Positions 27,816 through 36,695 of a stretch of DNA of 64,000 nucleotides are shown here, piece after piece. The notes below the pieces were generated by a model. The model saw only the letters and a program-made list of their open reading frames with translations. It did no database searches and was not told the origin of the DNA. A program made the translations under genes and the position numbers. Positions within the stretch are counted from its first letter, which is position 1, and each line of letters opens with the position of its first letter. This stretch comes from Promethearchaeota archaeon (lineage in GTDB: Archaea > Asgardarchaeota > Lokiarchaeia > Sigyniarchaeales > SOKP01): NCBI GenBank assembly GCA_019894715.1, contig JAGXOA010000008.1, forward strand, positions 6,710 through 70,709. Reading direction: 5' to 3'.

Positions 27816-29132
27816 ATGAACCAAAACACTAAGGATTTAATTGATATTGCTGAGGAGAAAAATAAGATTCACACACAATATGAAACTGTTATTTCTTCTC
27901 TTAGAGAAGAAATAAATAGATTAAAAAATATCATAAAAGAACAGAACATAGTAATAGAAACACAAAAAGTTAAGTCTATCGTAAAGAAAGATGATATCCC
28001 TTCTGATATTAAAATCCTAAAAGATTTAATTATCTCACAGAGAGAAGAATTAGTAGAAAAAGATAAGGAAATATTATTTCTACGGGAACAAATAGAAAAA
28101 TCAGATACTAAATTTTTAGATGGGAATAATCTCTCAACTAAAACTGCTTATCAGGAAGAATTATTTGGAGCAAATCAAGAAATTATGGAATTGTCTATTG
28201 ATATAGAAAATTATATTAAACAAATTGAAACTTTAAAGCAAATTATTGAAGAAAGAAACACAAATGAAGCATTAAATCAATTAACTGAAAAATTAGAATT
28301 AGTTACAAAAGAGAGAGAAAATTATAAGCTAATAAATGAAGATTTAGAAATTCATTTAAATTATATACAAAAAGAAATGGATAATCCAAATATTGAAATA
28401 AATGAAAATTCAAATAATTCCAGTGTTATTGATGAAATATTAAAAGATATAGAGGAAGAAAGAAAAATTGTTAGTGAAAAAATAGTTAATTATGAGGAAA
28501 AAATAAGTAATCTTCAAAATGATATAAATGACAGAGATAATCGATTAAATCAATTATCAGAACAATATGAAAATATAGAGAAAGAAAATAATCAATTAAA
28601 TAACCAAATTCAAGATATTCAAAAAGAAAGAAAATATGAAGAAAAAGATATATCTGAAGAAATAATTGGTCAATTAGAAAAAGAAATCAATGAGTTAAAA
28701 AATAGAATTACTCAAACAAGTTCTTCTATTAAACCAATTAACCATGATTTAATCAAATCAAAACATTTAGAGCTTGAAAATCTCCCTAAATATTATCAAT
28801 TACTCTTTTTAGAAACTCTTTTTTCAAATATAACTGAAAGTAATAGGAATGCAATTATAGATTCATTGGTAAGGAATTTAAGAAGTACTAATTCAGATAT
28901 TAGGAGATTCGCAATAAAGATTCTTAGAAATATAAAAACACAAAAAATCTTCGATGTTCTCAAAGATCTTGTTGATGATAAAGAATGGTTAATAAGATAT
29001 TATACAATAAAAGCATTAAGTGAATTTGAGCAAATTGAAAGTTTAGATAAAATCATGACGGAAATATTGAAAGATAATGATACTGATGTTAGACAATTAG
29101 CGAAAAATTATTTCATCAAAAACAATTCTTAA
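27816..29132 (+). CDS. coiled-coil protein with C-terminal HEAT/PBS-lyase-like repeats
   Basis: Preferred ATG at 27816 (MNQNTKDL). Long heptad-rich Glu/Lys/Asn region. C-terminus has NSDIRRFAIKILRNI..DKEWLIRYYTIKALSEF..DTDVRQLAKNYF. Confidence 0.6.
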   Translation: MNQNTKDLIDIAEEKNKIHTQYETVISSLREEINRLKNIIKEQNIVIETQKVKSIVKKDDIPSDIKILKDLIISQREELVEKDKEILFLREQIEKSDTKFLDGNNLSTKTAYQEELFGANQEIMELSIDIENYIKQIETLKQIIEERNTNEALNQLTEKLELVTKERENYKLINEDLEIHLNYIQKEMDNPNIEINENSNNSSVIDEILKDIEEERKIVSEKIVNYEEKISNLQNDINDRDNRLNQLSEQYENIEKENNQLNNQIQDIQKERKYEEKDISEEIIGQLEKEINELKNRITQTSSSIKPINHDLIKSKHLELENLPKYYQLLFLETLFSNITESNRNAIIDSLVRNLRSTNSDIRRFAIKILRNIKTQKIFDVLKDLVDDKEWLIRYYTIKALSEFEQIESLDKIMTEILKDNDTDVRQLAKNYFIKNNS

Positions 29133-29252
29133 ATTTATAATGTTTGCTATAAGGCTATTATTTATTCTTATTAATTATTTAAAAAAGTTTTTAAAATCAT
29201 CTTTTATTCAAATAGATTAATAAATTAGATTAATAATAATAAAATTTTTATC

Positions 29253-30056
29253 ATGAAAATTGCGGTTTCAGGCAAAGGGGGTGTAGGTAAGACCTTAGTA
29301 GCTGGTACTTTAGCAAGATTATTTGCTCAAGAAGGTTTTAAAGTTTTAGCAATAGATAATGATTCAGCTATGAACTTAAGTTATACATTGGGGATTAGTA
29401 AAGAGACAAGAGATAAAATTATTCCAATTTCTAAAATGAAGGAATTAATAAAAGAAAGAGTTACCATAGAAGGAGGTGGTCCGGGTATTTATAATATTAA
29501 TCCTAAAGTTGCCGATATCCCTGATCAATATAAAATAACTGGACCTGATGGTATTGAATTACTTGTTTTAGGTTCTATCGAAGATCCACTTACAGGTTGT
29601 CTGTGCCCTGAAAATGCTTTAATTAAATCATTATTACATAATCTACTAATAAAAAGAGATGAAATAGTTATTGTAGATTTTGAAGCAGGTTTAGAACATT
29701 TAGGTAGAGGAACCGCTAAAGGAATTGATTTAATGTTAGTTATAACTGAACCTACCCAAAAATCTCTAGAATTATCTTCAAAAATTATTGAGTTATCAAA
29801 AAAACTAGGTATCATTAATATATATCTAATAGCTAATAAAATAATTGATGATAATCAAATTACTGTAATAAATCAAAAAATGACTGATTGGGAAATACCT
29901 TTATATCATAAAATACCTTATGATAAAGAAATAGGAAAAGCAGATTTAGAAGGAATATCTCCTATAGACTTTAATCCAAATTCAAAATCTCTGAATGCAA
30001 TTAGAACTCTGTTTTATAACCTTTCCAAACTAAAAAAAGAAATATTTGATTTATAA
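29253..30056 (+). CDS. cooC: CooC-type (MinD/Mrp-class) nickel-insertion ATPase
   Basis: Deviant Walker A MKIAVSGKGGVGKT, the Cys-x-Cys metal motif TGCLCPENA, and VIVDFEAGLEHLGRG. Confidence 0.75.
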   Translation: MKIAVSGKGGVGKTLVAGTLARLFAQEGFKVLAIDNDSAMNLSYTLGISKETRDKIIPISKMKELIKERVTIEGGGPGIYNINPKVADIPDQYKITGPDGIELLVLGSIEDPLTGCLCPENALIKSLLHNLLIKRDEIVIVDFEAGLEHLGRGTAKGIDLMLVITEPTQKSLELSSKIIELSKKLGIINIYLIANKIIDDNQITVINQKMTDWEIPLYHKIPYDKEIGKADLEGISPIDFNPNSKSLNAIRTLFYNLSKLKKEIFDL

Positions 30057-30293
30057 CAAGTCTGAGATATCTAAATTTTGTTCTTTAGCAATCTGTTTCC
30101 ATTGATTAATAGAATCAATAGCATCATTTTCGTTCATGATTTCTATAGCATATCCAGCATGAACGATTACATATTTACCAACTTCTGGATCTTTAACTAA
30201 AGCAATAATTATTTTTTGATGAACTCCATCAAAATCAACTAGAGCAGAATTTCCTTCTATTTTTAAAATTTTACCAGGTATAGCTAAACACAT
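30051..30293 (-). CDS. hypC: hydrogenase maturation chaperone HypC/HupF
   Basis: 80 aa. N-terminal MCLAIPGKI with the essential Cys2, plus VHAGYAI. Confidence 0.85.
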   Translation of the reverse strand: MCLAIPGKILKIEGNSALVDFDGVHQKIIIALVKDPEVGKYVIVHAGYAIEIMNENDAIDSINQWKQIAKEQNLDISDLL

Positions 30294-30524
30294 TAATTTT
30301 CATAATCTTAAATTTAGTTATGGATAGAATAATATTTTCTTTTAAATAAAATTATTTTTCATAGAATAAAATGGCTAAAAGAATATATTTAAATCTTCTA
30401 TAATAGGTATTTAAAATTAATGATTTTATTATTTTTGAAATAATCAATACGACAAGTATCTCAAAATAACAATTTTTAAAATATAATTCTATTATATAAC
30501 TATAGGAAAGATTTTTATAAGAAT

Positions 30525-30932
30525 ATGCTAATTCACGAAGTAGGTATTTTAATAGAAAGTATACCAGTAATTTGTAGAAAATATACTAAAAGGGAAGATC
30601 CTGTGGGAATAACTAGCAAGAGCGCATTAATTTCAAGTTTAATTAATTTTGCGGAAAACTTAATATCTCCCCTTGAATATTTTGAGAGCAATAATTACAA
30701 TATTATTTTTAAAAAGAAAAAAGGGAATAATGAGCTAGAAGCCGATTTTTTTATTTATATTGTTACAAAGAAAATAAAAAATTTTGAGAAGAAATGGAAA
30801 AAAAAAATGATGATTTTACTCGAAGATATTTTAAATAAGTTTTATTCAAAATATAATATCAAAGATTATTATGAAGTATCAATTTTTTCGGATTTTAATA
30901 AGATTATTGATAATTTGATCAATAATCTTTGA
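30525..30932 (+). CDS. hypothetical 135-aa protein
   Basis: ORF upstream of the hydrogenase operon. No motif recognised. A longin/roadblock-like alpha-beta fold is only a guess. Confidence 0.4.
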   Translation: MLIHEVGILIESIPVICRKYTKREDPVGITSKSALISSLINFAENLISPLEYFESNNYNIIFKKKKGNNELEADFFIYIVTKKIKNFEKKWKKKMMILLEDILNKFYSKYNIKDYYEVSIFSDFNKIIDNLINNL

Positions 30933-31165
30933 TAAAGTAAATTCAAGAGTATAATTTTCATAATTTTACTTATTTTAATTGATTGTTTTGTTAAATTGTA
31001 ATCTATTGATTTTCTTAATACATTTATCAAATTGATCGATATTTATCATAATTATATTAAAACCTAATTTCTAAACCAATAATTTTTATTAGATGTAAAA
31101 GATACATTTTATTTAACTTATTTTTTTAAAAACAAATATTTTTTAGAAAAAAAGAAAGATGAAAA

Positions 31166-32530
31166 ATGATAAAAAATATAGAAGATAATGATAATATCGT
31201 TGAGTCTCGTGTTAAAGTTGCGTTTCTACAATCCAGTGATTGTTGGGGATGTCATCAAAGTCTTTTAAATGCACATTTAGGCCTATTACCCGTGCTTCCA
31301 GCATTAGAAATTGTCTATTGGCCATGTGTAGTTGATTTCAAATATGAATCCTTGGAAAAAAGAGAAGATGGAGAAATACTTGTAGGTTTTGTTGAAGGAA
31401 GTATGAGAACAAAACAAGATATTGAAGCCAGTAAACTAATGAGGAGAAAATGTCAGCTTATTATTGCTTTTGGTAGTTGTTCATGCTATGGAAATGTCCA
31501 TGGATTGGCAAATCAATTTAGTATAGATGATCTTAAAAATCGAAAATTCTTAGAAGTTGAGAGTATAGCAGACTATAGTAATAGAATTCCGGATGAACAT
31601 GTCCCTAGTTTTGAAAATAAAATAGTTCCTTTAGACAATGTAATAAAAGTAGACGCTTATATTTCAGGATGCCCTCCAAAACCAGAACAAATTATTAGTT
31701 CTGTATTATTTTTGTTGGGGCAGAAACCATTTCCTATGAATGTATCTGCCTTCTGTAATGAATGTTCATTAAATCAATCTGGATGTATATTAGATGAAGA
31801 AAAGATTTGTTTTGGAGCAATCACCAGTACAGGATGCACAATGAAATGTCCAGAAAATGGAAAAGCATGTGTAGGATGTATGGGTCCTGCTAGAAATGTA
31901 TCTTCAAAGATTGATAAATTAAATAAAATTACTGATGATTTGAATTCCATTAGCTCAGGAGATAAAAAAAATTTATATGAATTTTTAACATTATTCTTGA
32001 ATATTCCTCTAATGGCTGGATTTGATTTAGCTGGAGATATTTTAAAACAGATTAAAAACAAAGGAAAGGTGTCCACTCCATTAACAAATCTTCCATCAGC
32101 CATAGAAGAAGTCACTTCTAAATTATTGCAATATCTAAGAGATAATAAAAATTTCCATGAAATTTCAAATGTATGTGATACATGCTCCAGGATAATAGGA
32201 AGTAGATCGACAATGACCAAGGTAAAAAGGGATTATGAAGGTCTACCAAATTTAGAAGAATGTTTAATTGAGCAAGGATATATTTGTATGGGGCCTGTGA
32301 CTAATGCAGGATGTGGAGCTATGTGTATTAATGTTAATGCTCCCTGTTCAGGATGTTATGGACAGACTAAATGGGATGTTAATCAATCTGAAAGATTTGC
32401 TGATACAATACTCAAAAGTTTTAATGTAAGTATTTCAAAAGAAGAATTACTATCACAAGTAAAAGATCACATTGGTACTTTTGAAAAGTTTACATTAGCA
32501 TCAAATAAAGGATATAAAGGAGGAGAATAA
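31166..32530 (+). CDS. vhuG: [NiFe]-hydrogenase small subunit, group-3 (MvhG/VhuG-like), with an extra Cys-rich module
   Basis: N-terminal domain SDCWGCHQS, FGSCSCYGNVHG and SGCPP. C-terminal part has two successive 8-Cys blocks, CNEC..GC..ICFGAITSTGCTMKCPENGKACVGCMGP and CDTC..EC..YICMGPVTNAGCGAMCINVNAPCSGCYG. Confidence 0.8.
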   Translation: MIKNIEDNDNIVESRVKVAFLQSSDCWGCHQSLLNAHLGLLPVLPALEIVYWPCVVDFKYESLEKREDGEILVGFVEGSMRTKQDIEASKLMRRKCQLIIAFGSCSCYGNVHGLANQFSIDDLKNRKFLEVESIADYSNRIPDEHVPSFENKIVPLDNVIKVDAYISGCPPKPEQIISSVLFLLGQKPFPMNVSAFCNECSLNQSGCILDEEKICFGAITSTGCTMKCPENGKACVGCMGPARNVSSKIDKLNKITDDLNSISSGDKKNLYEFLTLFLNIPLMAGFDLAGDILKQIKNKGKVSTPLTNLPSAIEEVTSKLLQYLRDNKNFHEISNVCDTCSRIIGSRSTMTKVKRDYEGLPNLEECLIEQGYICMGPVTNAGCGAMCINVNAPCSGCYGQTKWDVNQSERFADTILKSFNVSISKEELLSQVKDHIGTFEKFTLASNKGYKGGE

Positions 32531-32532
32531 TA

Positions 32533-33837
32533 ATGGTTAAAGAGATAGAAGTTGAACCAATTACTAGATTAGAAGGTCATGGAGGTCTTAGAGTAGTTTT
32601 AGGAGATGATGGAAAAGTACAAGATGTTCAATTTAATATAACTTCTACAAGATTTTTTGAGAAATTTTGTGAAGGACGTTATTGTGAACATATACCAAGA
32701 ATAACAACAAGAATTTGTGGTATTTGTCCAATTCCCCATCATCTAACGCCAACTAAAGCTGTAGAAGATGCTTGGGGTGTAAAAATACCTACTCCTGCAT
32801 TAAAATTAAGACAGCTTTTAATGAATGCAAAGCAATATAGCTCCCATGTTTTACATTTCTACGCTTTAGCTGCACCTGATTTTCTATTAGGTCCTATGGC
32901 AGATCCAGCATTAAGAAATGTAGTTCATGTTATAAATAAAATGCCAGATGTGGGTGCAATGGCATTAAAAATGATGGATTTTGGTCAAAAATTATGTGCC
33001 GCTATAGGTGGAAAATCTATCCATCCCATTTCTGCAATTGTTGGTGGTATGAAGAAACCTTTAGATGAAGAAATCCGTGATAAATTTCTAAAAGAAATAG
33101 ATGAACAAATAGAATTTACAAAAAAGACTGTGGATATTGGACTAAAAATTGTAGAAGATTATTGGGATGTTGTTGCGAATGTTGGTGTAGTTCCTACATA
33201 TTATCTTGGATTAACAAAAAATGGTGTCCATGATATCTATGAAGGAGATATTCGAATTGTGAATCCAGAAGGGAATAAGATTGATTATAATGCACATAAG
33301 TATCTTGATGTTTTAGGAGAACATATACCAAAACATTCTTATGCGACTCATATGTATTATAAACCAGCAGGATATCCAGAGGGAATTTACAGAGCTAATT
33401 GCTTAGGTATGATAAATGCTGCTGATAAAATGGCAACACCATTAGCAGATGAAGCCTTAAAGGCTTTTAGAGATAAAGTAGGACCAGTCTCTCATCATAC
33501 ATTTGCTTATCATTGGGCCCGAATAATTGAAACAGTTGAGGCTATTGAACTTATAAAAAAATATCTTGAAGATCCAGATATATGTAATCCAGATTGCAAA
33601 ACACTAGATATAGAACCTAGAGAAGGTCAAGGAATAGGTGTAACAGAAGCCCCACGTGGAGTTCTTTTATATCATATATGGTCTGATGCGGAAGGAATAT
33701 GTAAAAAATTAAATTTACTTGTAGCAACAAATCATAATATAGCAGGTATAGAAAAATCTCTAATGCATGTCGCAAAACAAGTATTTGAAGATAAAATTTT
33801 AGAAAGATTAAAATTACCAGACCCTTGGATAAAATAA
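32533..33837 (+). CDS. vhuA: [NiFe(Se)]-hydrogenase large subunit lacking the C-terminal Ni-binding motif (VhuA-like)
   Basis: N-terminal ITRLEGHG and the L1 motif RICGICPIPHH. The ORF ends ...LPDPWIK without a DPCxxCxxH motif, which is supplied by the next mini-gene. Confidence 0.85.
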   Translation: MVKEIEVEPITRLEGHGGLRVVLGDDGKVQDVQFNITSTRFFEKFCEGRYCEHIPRITTRICGICPIPHHLTPTKAVEDAWGVKIPTPALKLRQLLMNAKQYSSHVLHFYALAAPDFLLGPMADPALRNVVHVINKMPDVGAMALKMMDFGQKLCAAIGGKSIHPISAIVGGMKKPLDEEIRDKFLKEIDEQIEFTKKTVDIGLKIVEDYWDVVANVGVVPTYYLGLTKNGVHDIYEGDIRIVNPEGNKIDYNAHKYLDVLGEHIPKHSYATHMYYKPAGYPEGIYRANCLGMINAADKMATPLADEALKAFRDKVGPVSHHTFAYHWARIIETVEAIELIKKYLEDPDICNPDCKTLDIEPREGQGIGVTEAPRGVLLYHIWSDAEGICKKLNLLVATNHNIAGIEKSLMHVAKQVFEDKILERLKLPDPWIK

Positions 33838-33885
33838 CTTAAATAAATAAAAAATTTTAAAAAAATTAAAAAAGTGAAATATCAA

Positions 33886-34035
33886 ATGAGTGATATACCA
33901 GAAGGAGTAATAAATCTCTTAGAAATGGTAGTTCGCTGTTATGATTGCTGACTATCGTGTGCCGCCCACATTACAGTAGTTGATGAGGATGGTAAAGAAA
34001 TTTATACTCGTAAGCTAAATGTTGGCTTAGGATGA
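33886..34035 (+). CDS. vhuU: VhuU-like selenocysteine-containing C-terminal fragment of the hydrogenase large subunit (in-frame UGA at 33949-33951)
   Basis: ATG 33886, preceded by gtga. Reads MSDIPEGVINLLEMVVRCYDC-TGA-LSCAAHITVVDEDGKEIYTRKLNVGLG, stop TGA 34033-34035. The UGA occupies the first Cys of the canonical R.YDPC.SCA.H motif. Not in the ORF track because of the UGA. Confidence 0.75.
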
Positions 34036-34054
34036 TTGTCCAATAAAAAAAATA

Positions 34055-34093
34055 GATTGGACATAACTAACCTCGCATGGGTTATAGCCAATA
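34055..34093 (+). promoter_or_regulatory. candidate SECIS stem-loop in the vhuU 3' UTR
   Basis: ATTGG-AC-ATAAC-taa-CC-tcgcat-GG-GTTAT-AG-CCAAT. Two 5-bp helices are separated by an AC/AG internal loop, with a TAA bulge, a 2-bp GC clamp and a 6-nt apical loop. It starts about 20 nt after the stop. Confidence 0.4.
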
Positions 34094-34150
34094 TAAAAAA
34101 GATTAAATAGAGAAAATAGAAAATAACAATCTAAGATGTGAAAATAAATT

Positions 34151-34660
34151 ATGATAGATTTTGAATTTAGAAAACAAGTTATGGATTACCATATGGGTTC
34201 TAATATTATCAAATATTGTTATCAATGTAGTAGATGTACAGATTATTGCCCTGTATCAAAAGTAACAAAAGATTTTTATGGTACTACTGGATATGATCCA
34301 AGACATAATATCTTAAATGCATTATTAGGATACAAAGAAGCTATTTTTTCTTCTGATCCATTAACAATCTGGGGTTGTACTGTTTGTGACACTTGTGATG
34401 AACTCTGCCCTCAAAATATAGAATTAACAGAAATATTTACTTTCTTAAAAAATGAAAGTATTACTAAAGGAGAAGGTCCTGACTATTTATATAGTCAAGC
34501 AAAAGCAATTTTTGAAAATGCAAAAGCAATACCATCACAATCCGCAATAGAAAGAAGAAGACAACAATTAGGATTGCCGGCTGTTGCTACTCCTAATGTT
34601 AAAGAAATACAAACTTTACTAAGGAATATTGGATCAGATAAAAAACTGAAAGAGGAGTAA
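34151..34660 (+). CDS. hdrC: HdrC-like 2x[4Fe-4S] ferredoxin-domain protein
   Basis: Two cluster motifs, CYQCSRCTDYCP and CTVCDTCDELCP. Immediately upstream of an HdrB-like gene. Confidence 0.7.
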   Translation: MIDFEFRKQVMDYHMGSNIIKYCYQCSRCTDYCPVSKVTKDFYGTTGYDPRHNILNALLGYKEAIFSSDPLTIWGCTVCDTCDELCPQNIELTEIFTFLKNESITKGEGPDYLYSQAKAIFENAKAIPSQSAIERRRQQLGLPAVATPNVKEIQTLLRNIGSDKKLKEE

Positions 34661-34665
34661 AAAAA

Positions 34666-35538
34666 ATGACCGAATATAAAATGTTTGAGGGTTGTACGAT
34701 TGGAAATAGAATACCATTCGTAGAAGCTGCATCCAGAAAAGTTTTTGAGATTTTAAATATTCAAACATCTCAAGCTCCTTTTTCATGTTGTCCAGATCCA
34801 ACAGGAATGAAGAGTTTTGATAATAATGCTTGGCTTACTATAGGAGCAAGGAACTTGAGCTTAGCAGAAGAAGAAGATAAGAATATTATTTCTTTATGTA
34901 ATGGATGCACTAATACATTAAGAGGTGTAAAACATCAATTAAAACATGATTCTTCTAGGAAAGAGAAAGTAAATGCAGAATTAGCTAAAATTGGGAAGGA
35001 ATATAAAGGATCTATTGATGTTAGACATTTTGTTGATGTATTAAAAGAAAAATCAGATGATATAAAAAATGCAATAACAAAGCAATTAAGCAATTTGAAG
35101 GTTGCATGTCATCCAGGATGTCATTATATGCGACCTTCTGAATGGATGGAATCTGATGATCCTATGCATCCAACGACATTAAAAGAAATAGTAACAATCT
35201 CAGGAGCAAATATAGTTGATTATGGTGTTGAAGCTCTTTGTTGTGGCTCAGCTGTTCATAATGCTTATGAAGAACATGGACTTCAGATATTAAAGGAAAA
35301 ATTAGATGCTGTTAAAAAATCAGGAGCAGATGTTATCTGCGTAAATTGTCCAGCATGTTTCCAACAATTTGATACATTACAGAGAAACGTTTCAAAGAAA
35401 TTTGAAAAAGAATATAATATTCCTATTTTATATCTCACAGAATTATTAGCTTTAGCAATGGGAATAACACCTGATGAAATTGGTTTAAAATTTCATAGAA
35501 TTCGTCTTAAATCTGTAATTGAAAAATTAGAATTGTAA
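34666..35538 (+). CDS. hdrB: HdrB-like protein with two CCG (Cys-rich) domains
   Basis: First CCG domain FSCCPDPTG..LCNGCTN. Second ACHPGCH..ALCCGSAV..VNCPACFQQF. Confidence 0.75.
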   Translation: MTEYKMFEGCTIGNRIPFVEAASRKVFEILNIQTSQAPFSCCPDPTGMKSFDNNAWLTIGARNLSLAEEEDKNIISLCNGCTNTLRGVKHQLKHDSSRKEKVNAELAKIGKEYKGSIDVRHFVDVLKEKSDDIKNAITKQLSNLKVACHPGCHYMRPSEWMESDDPMHPTTLKEIVTISGANIVDYGVEALCCGSAVHNAYEEHGLQILKEKLDAVKKSGADVICVNCPACFQQFDTLQRNVSKKFEKEYNIPILYLTELLALAMGITPDEIGLKFHRIRLKSVIEKLEL

Positions 35539-35576
35539 TATAGTAATTAAATAATATTTTATTATTTTTTTTTATT

Positions 35577-36671
35577 TTATTTCTTATAATATTTATAATA
35601 AATGTTACAATTGCCTTCTCTTGAGATCATACATGGACCTATTGGGTTTATTGGATTACATTTCTTTCTAAAAAGTTTACATTCATTTGGTTTTAATTTA
35701 CCAATCATAATTAAATGACATGAACATCCAGGAGGGATATCCCGTGATACCTCTATTTCTATTTCAAATTTCTTTTCAGCATCAAACTCATGATATTTTT
35801 CCTTTATTGCTAATCCACCATCATAAATCCTTCCTATACCACGCCAAGGAGACGATATTGAATCAAATACGTCAGAAATAATTTCTTGAGCAATGAGATT
35901 TCCTTCTGGTTTGACAACTCGAGAATATTCATTAAGAACATTATATTTTTTCTCTTTTTTCTCATTTAAAAGTAATAAAATAGCTAAAAGAACGTCATTA
36001 GGTTCAAAACCAGTTATCACATTGGGAATGTGATACCCTTGTGAGAAAATATTGTATGGTTTTAGACCAATAATAGCACTTACATGACCAGGTGATATAA
36101 ATCCATCTAAATTTAACTGAGATTGGCTAATTAATAACTCTAATGCAGCAGGTATTAGTTTATGAGCACATATTACAGAAAAATTTGATGGAGGTCCAGA
36201 TTGAATTTCATATCCGATTAAAGGAGCAGTTGTTTCAAAACCTATAGCAAAGAAAATTACTTCTTTTTTTGGATTTTCTTTAGCAATTTTAACGGCATCA
36301 TTAGGTCCATATATTATTCGAATATCTGCTCCTTTAGCTTTTAATTCTGCTAATGAAATGTTTGTCCCTGGTACTCGTATCATATCACCAAAAGTTGTAA
36401 TGATTGTATCTTTCTTCTTCGCTAATTCAATTATTTTATCTATATCCGCAGCGGGACAAACACATACAGGACATCCAGGACCACTTATAATTTCAATATT
36501 TGAGGGGAGGATAGATCTTAAACCATACTTAGAGATAGTATGTTCATGAGTTCCACATACATGCATAAATTTTACAGGTCTATCAATGTCGTTTATTATA
36601 TTATTTATTGAATTAAGTAATTTGTTTGTGAATTTTTTACTTCTTAGTATATTAATATTAGGTATATCCAT
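35577..36671 (-). CDS. hypD: hydrogenase maturation protein HypD
   Basis: Motifs MHVCGTHEH, GPGCPVCV, FAIGFETT and PGHVS, plus a C-terminal Cys cluster. Confidence 0.9.
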   Translation of the reverse strand: MDIPNINILRSKKFTNKLLNSINNIINDIDRPVKFMHVCGTHEHTISKYGLRSILPSNIEIISGPGCPVCVCPAADIDKIIELAKKKDTIITTFGDMIRVPGTNISLAELKAKGADIRIIYGPNDAVKIAKENPKKEVIFFAIGFETTAPLIGYEIQSGPPSNFSVICAHKLIPAALELLISQSQLNLDGFISPGHVSAIIGLKPYNIFSQGYHIPNVITGFEPNDVLLAILLLLNEKKEKKYNVLNEYSRVVKPEGNLIAQEIISDVFDSISSPWRGIGRIYDGGLAIKEKYHEFDAEKKFEIEIEVSRDIPPGCSCHLIMIGKLKPNECKLFRKKCNPINPIGPCMISREGNCNIYYKYYKK

Positions 36672-36695
36672 AATTTTTTTCTCCTTTAGATTATA

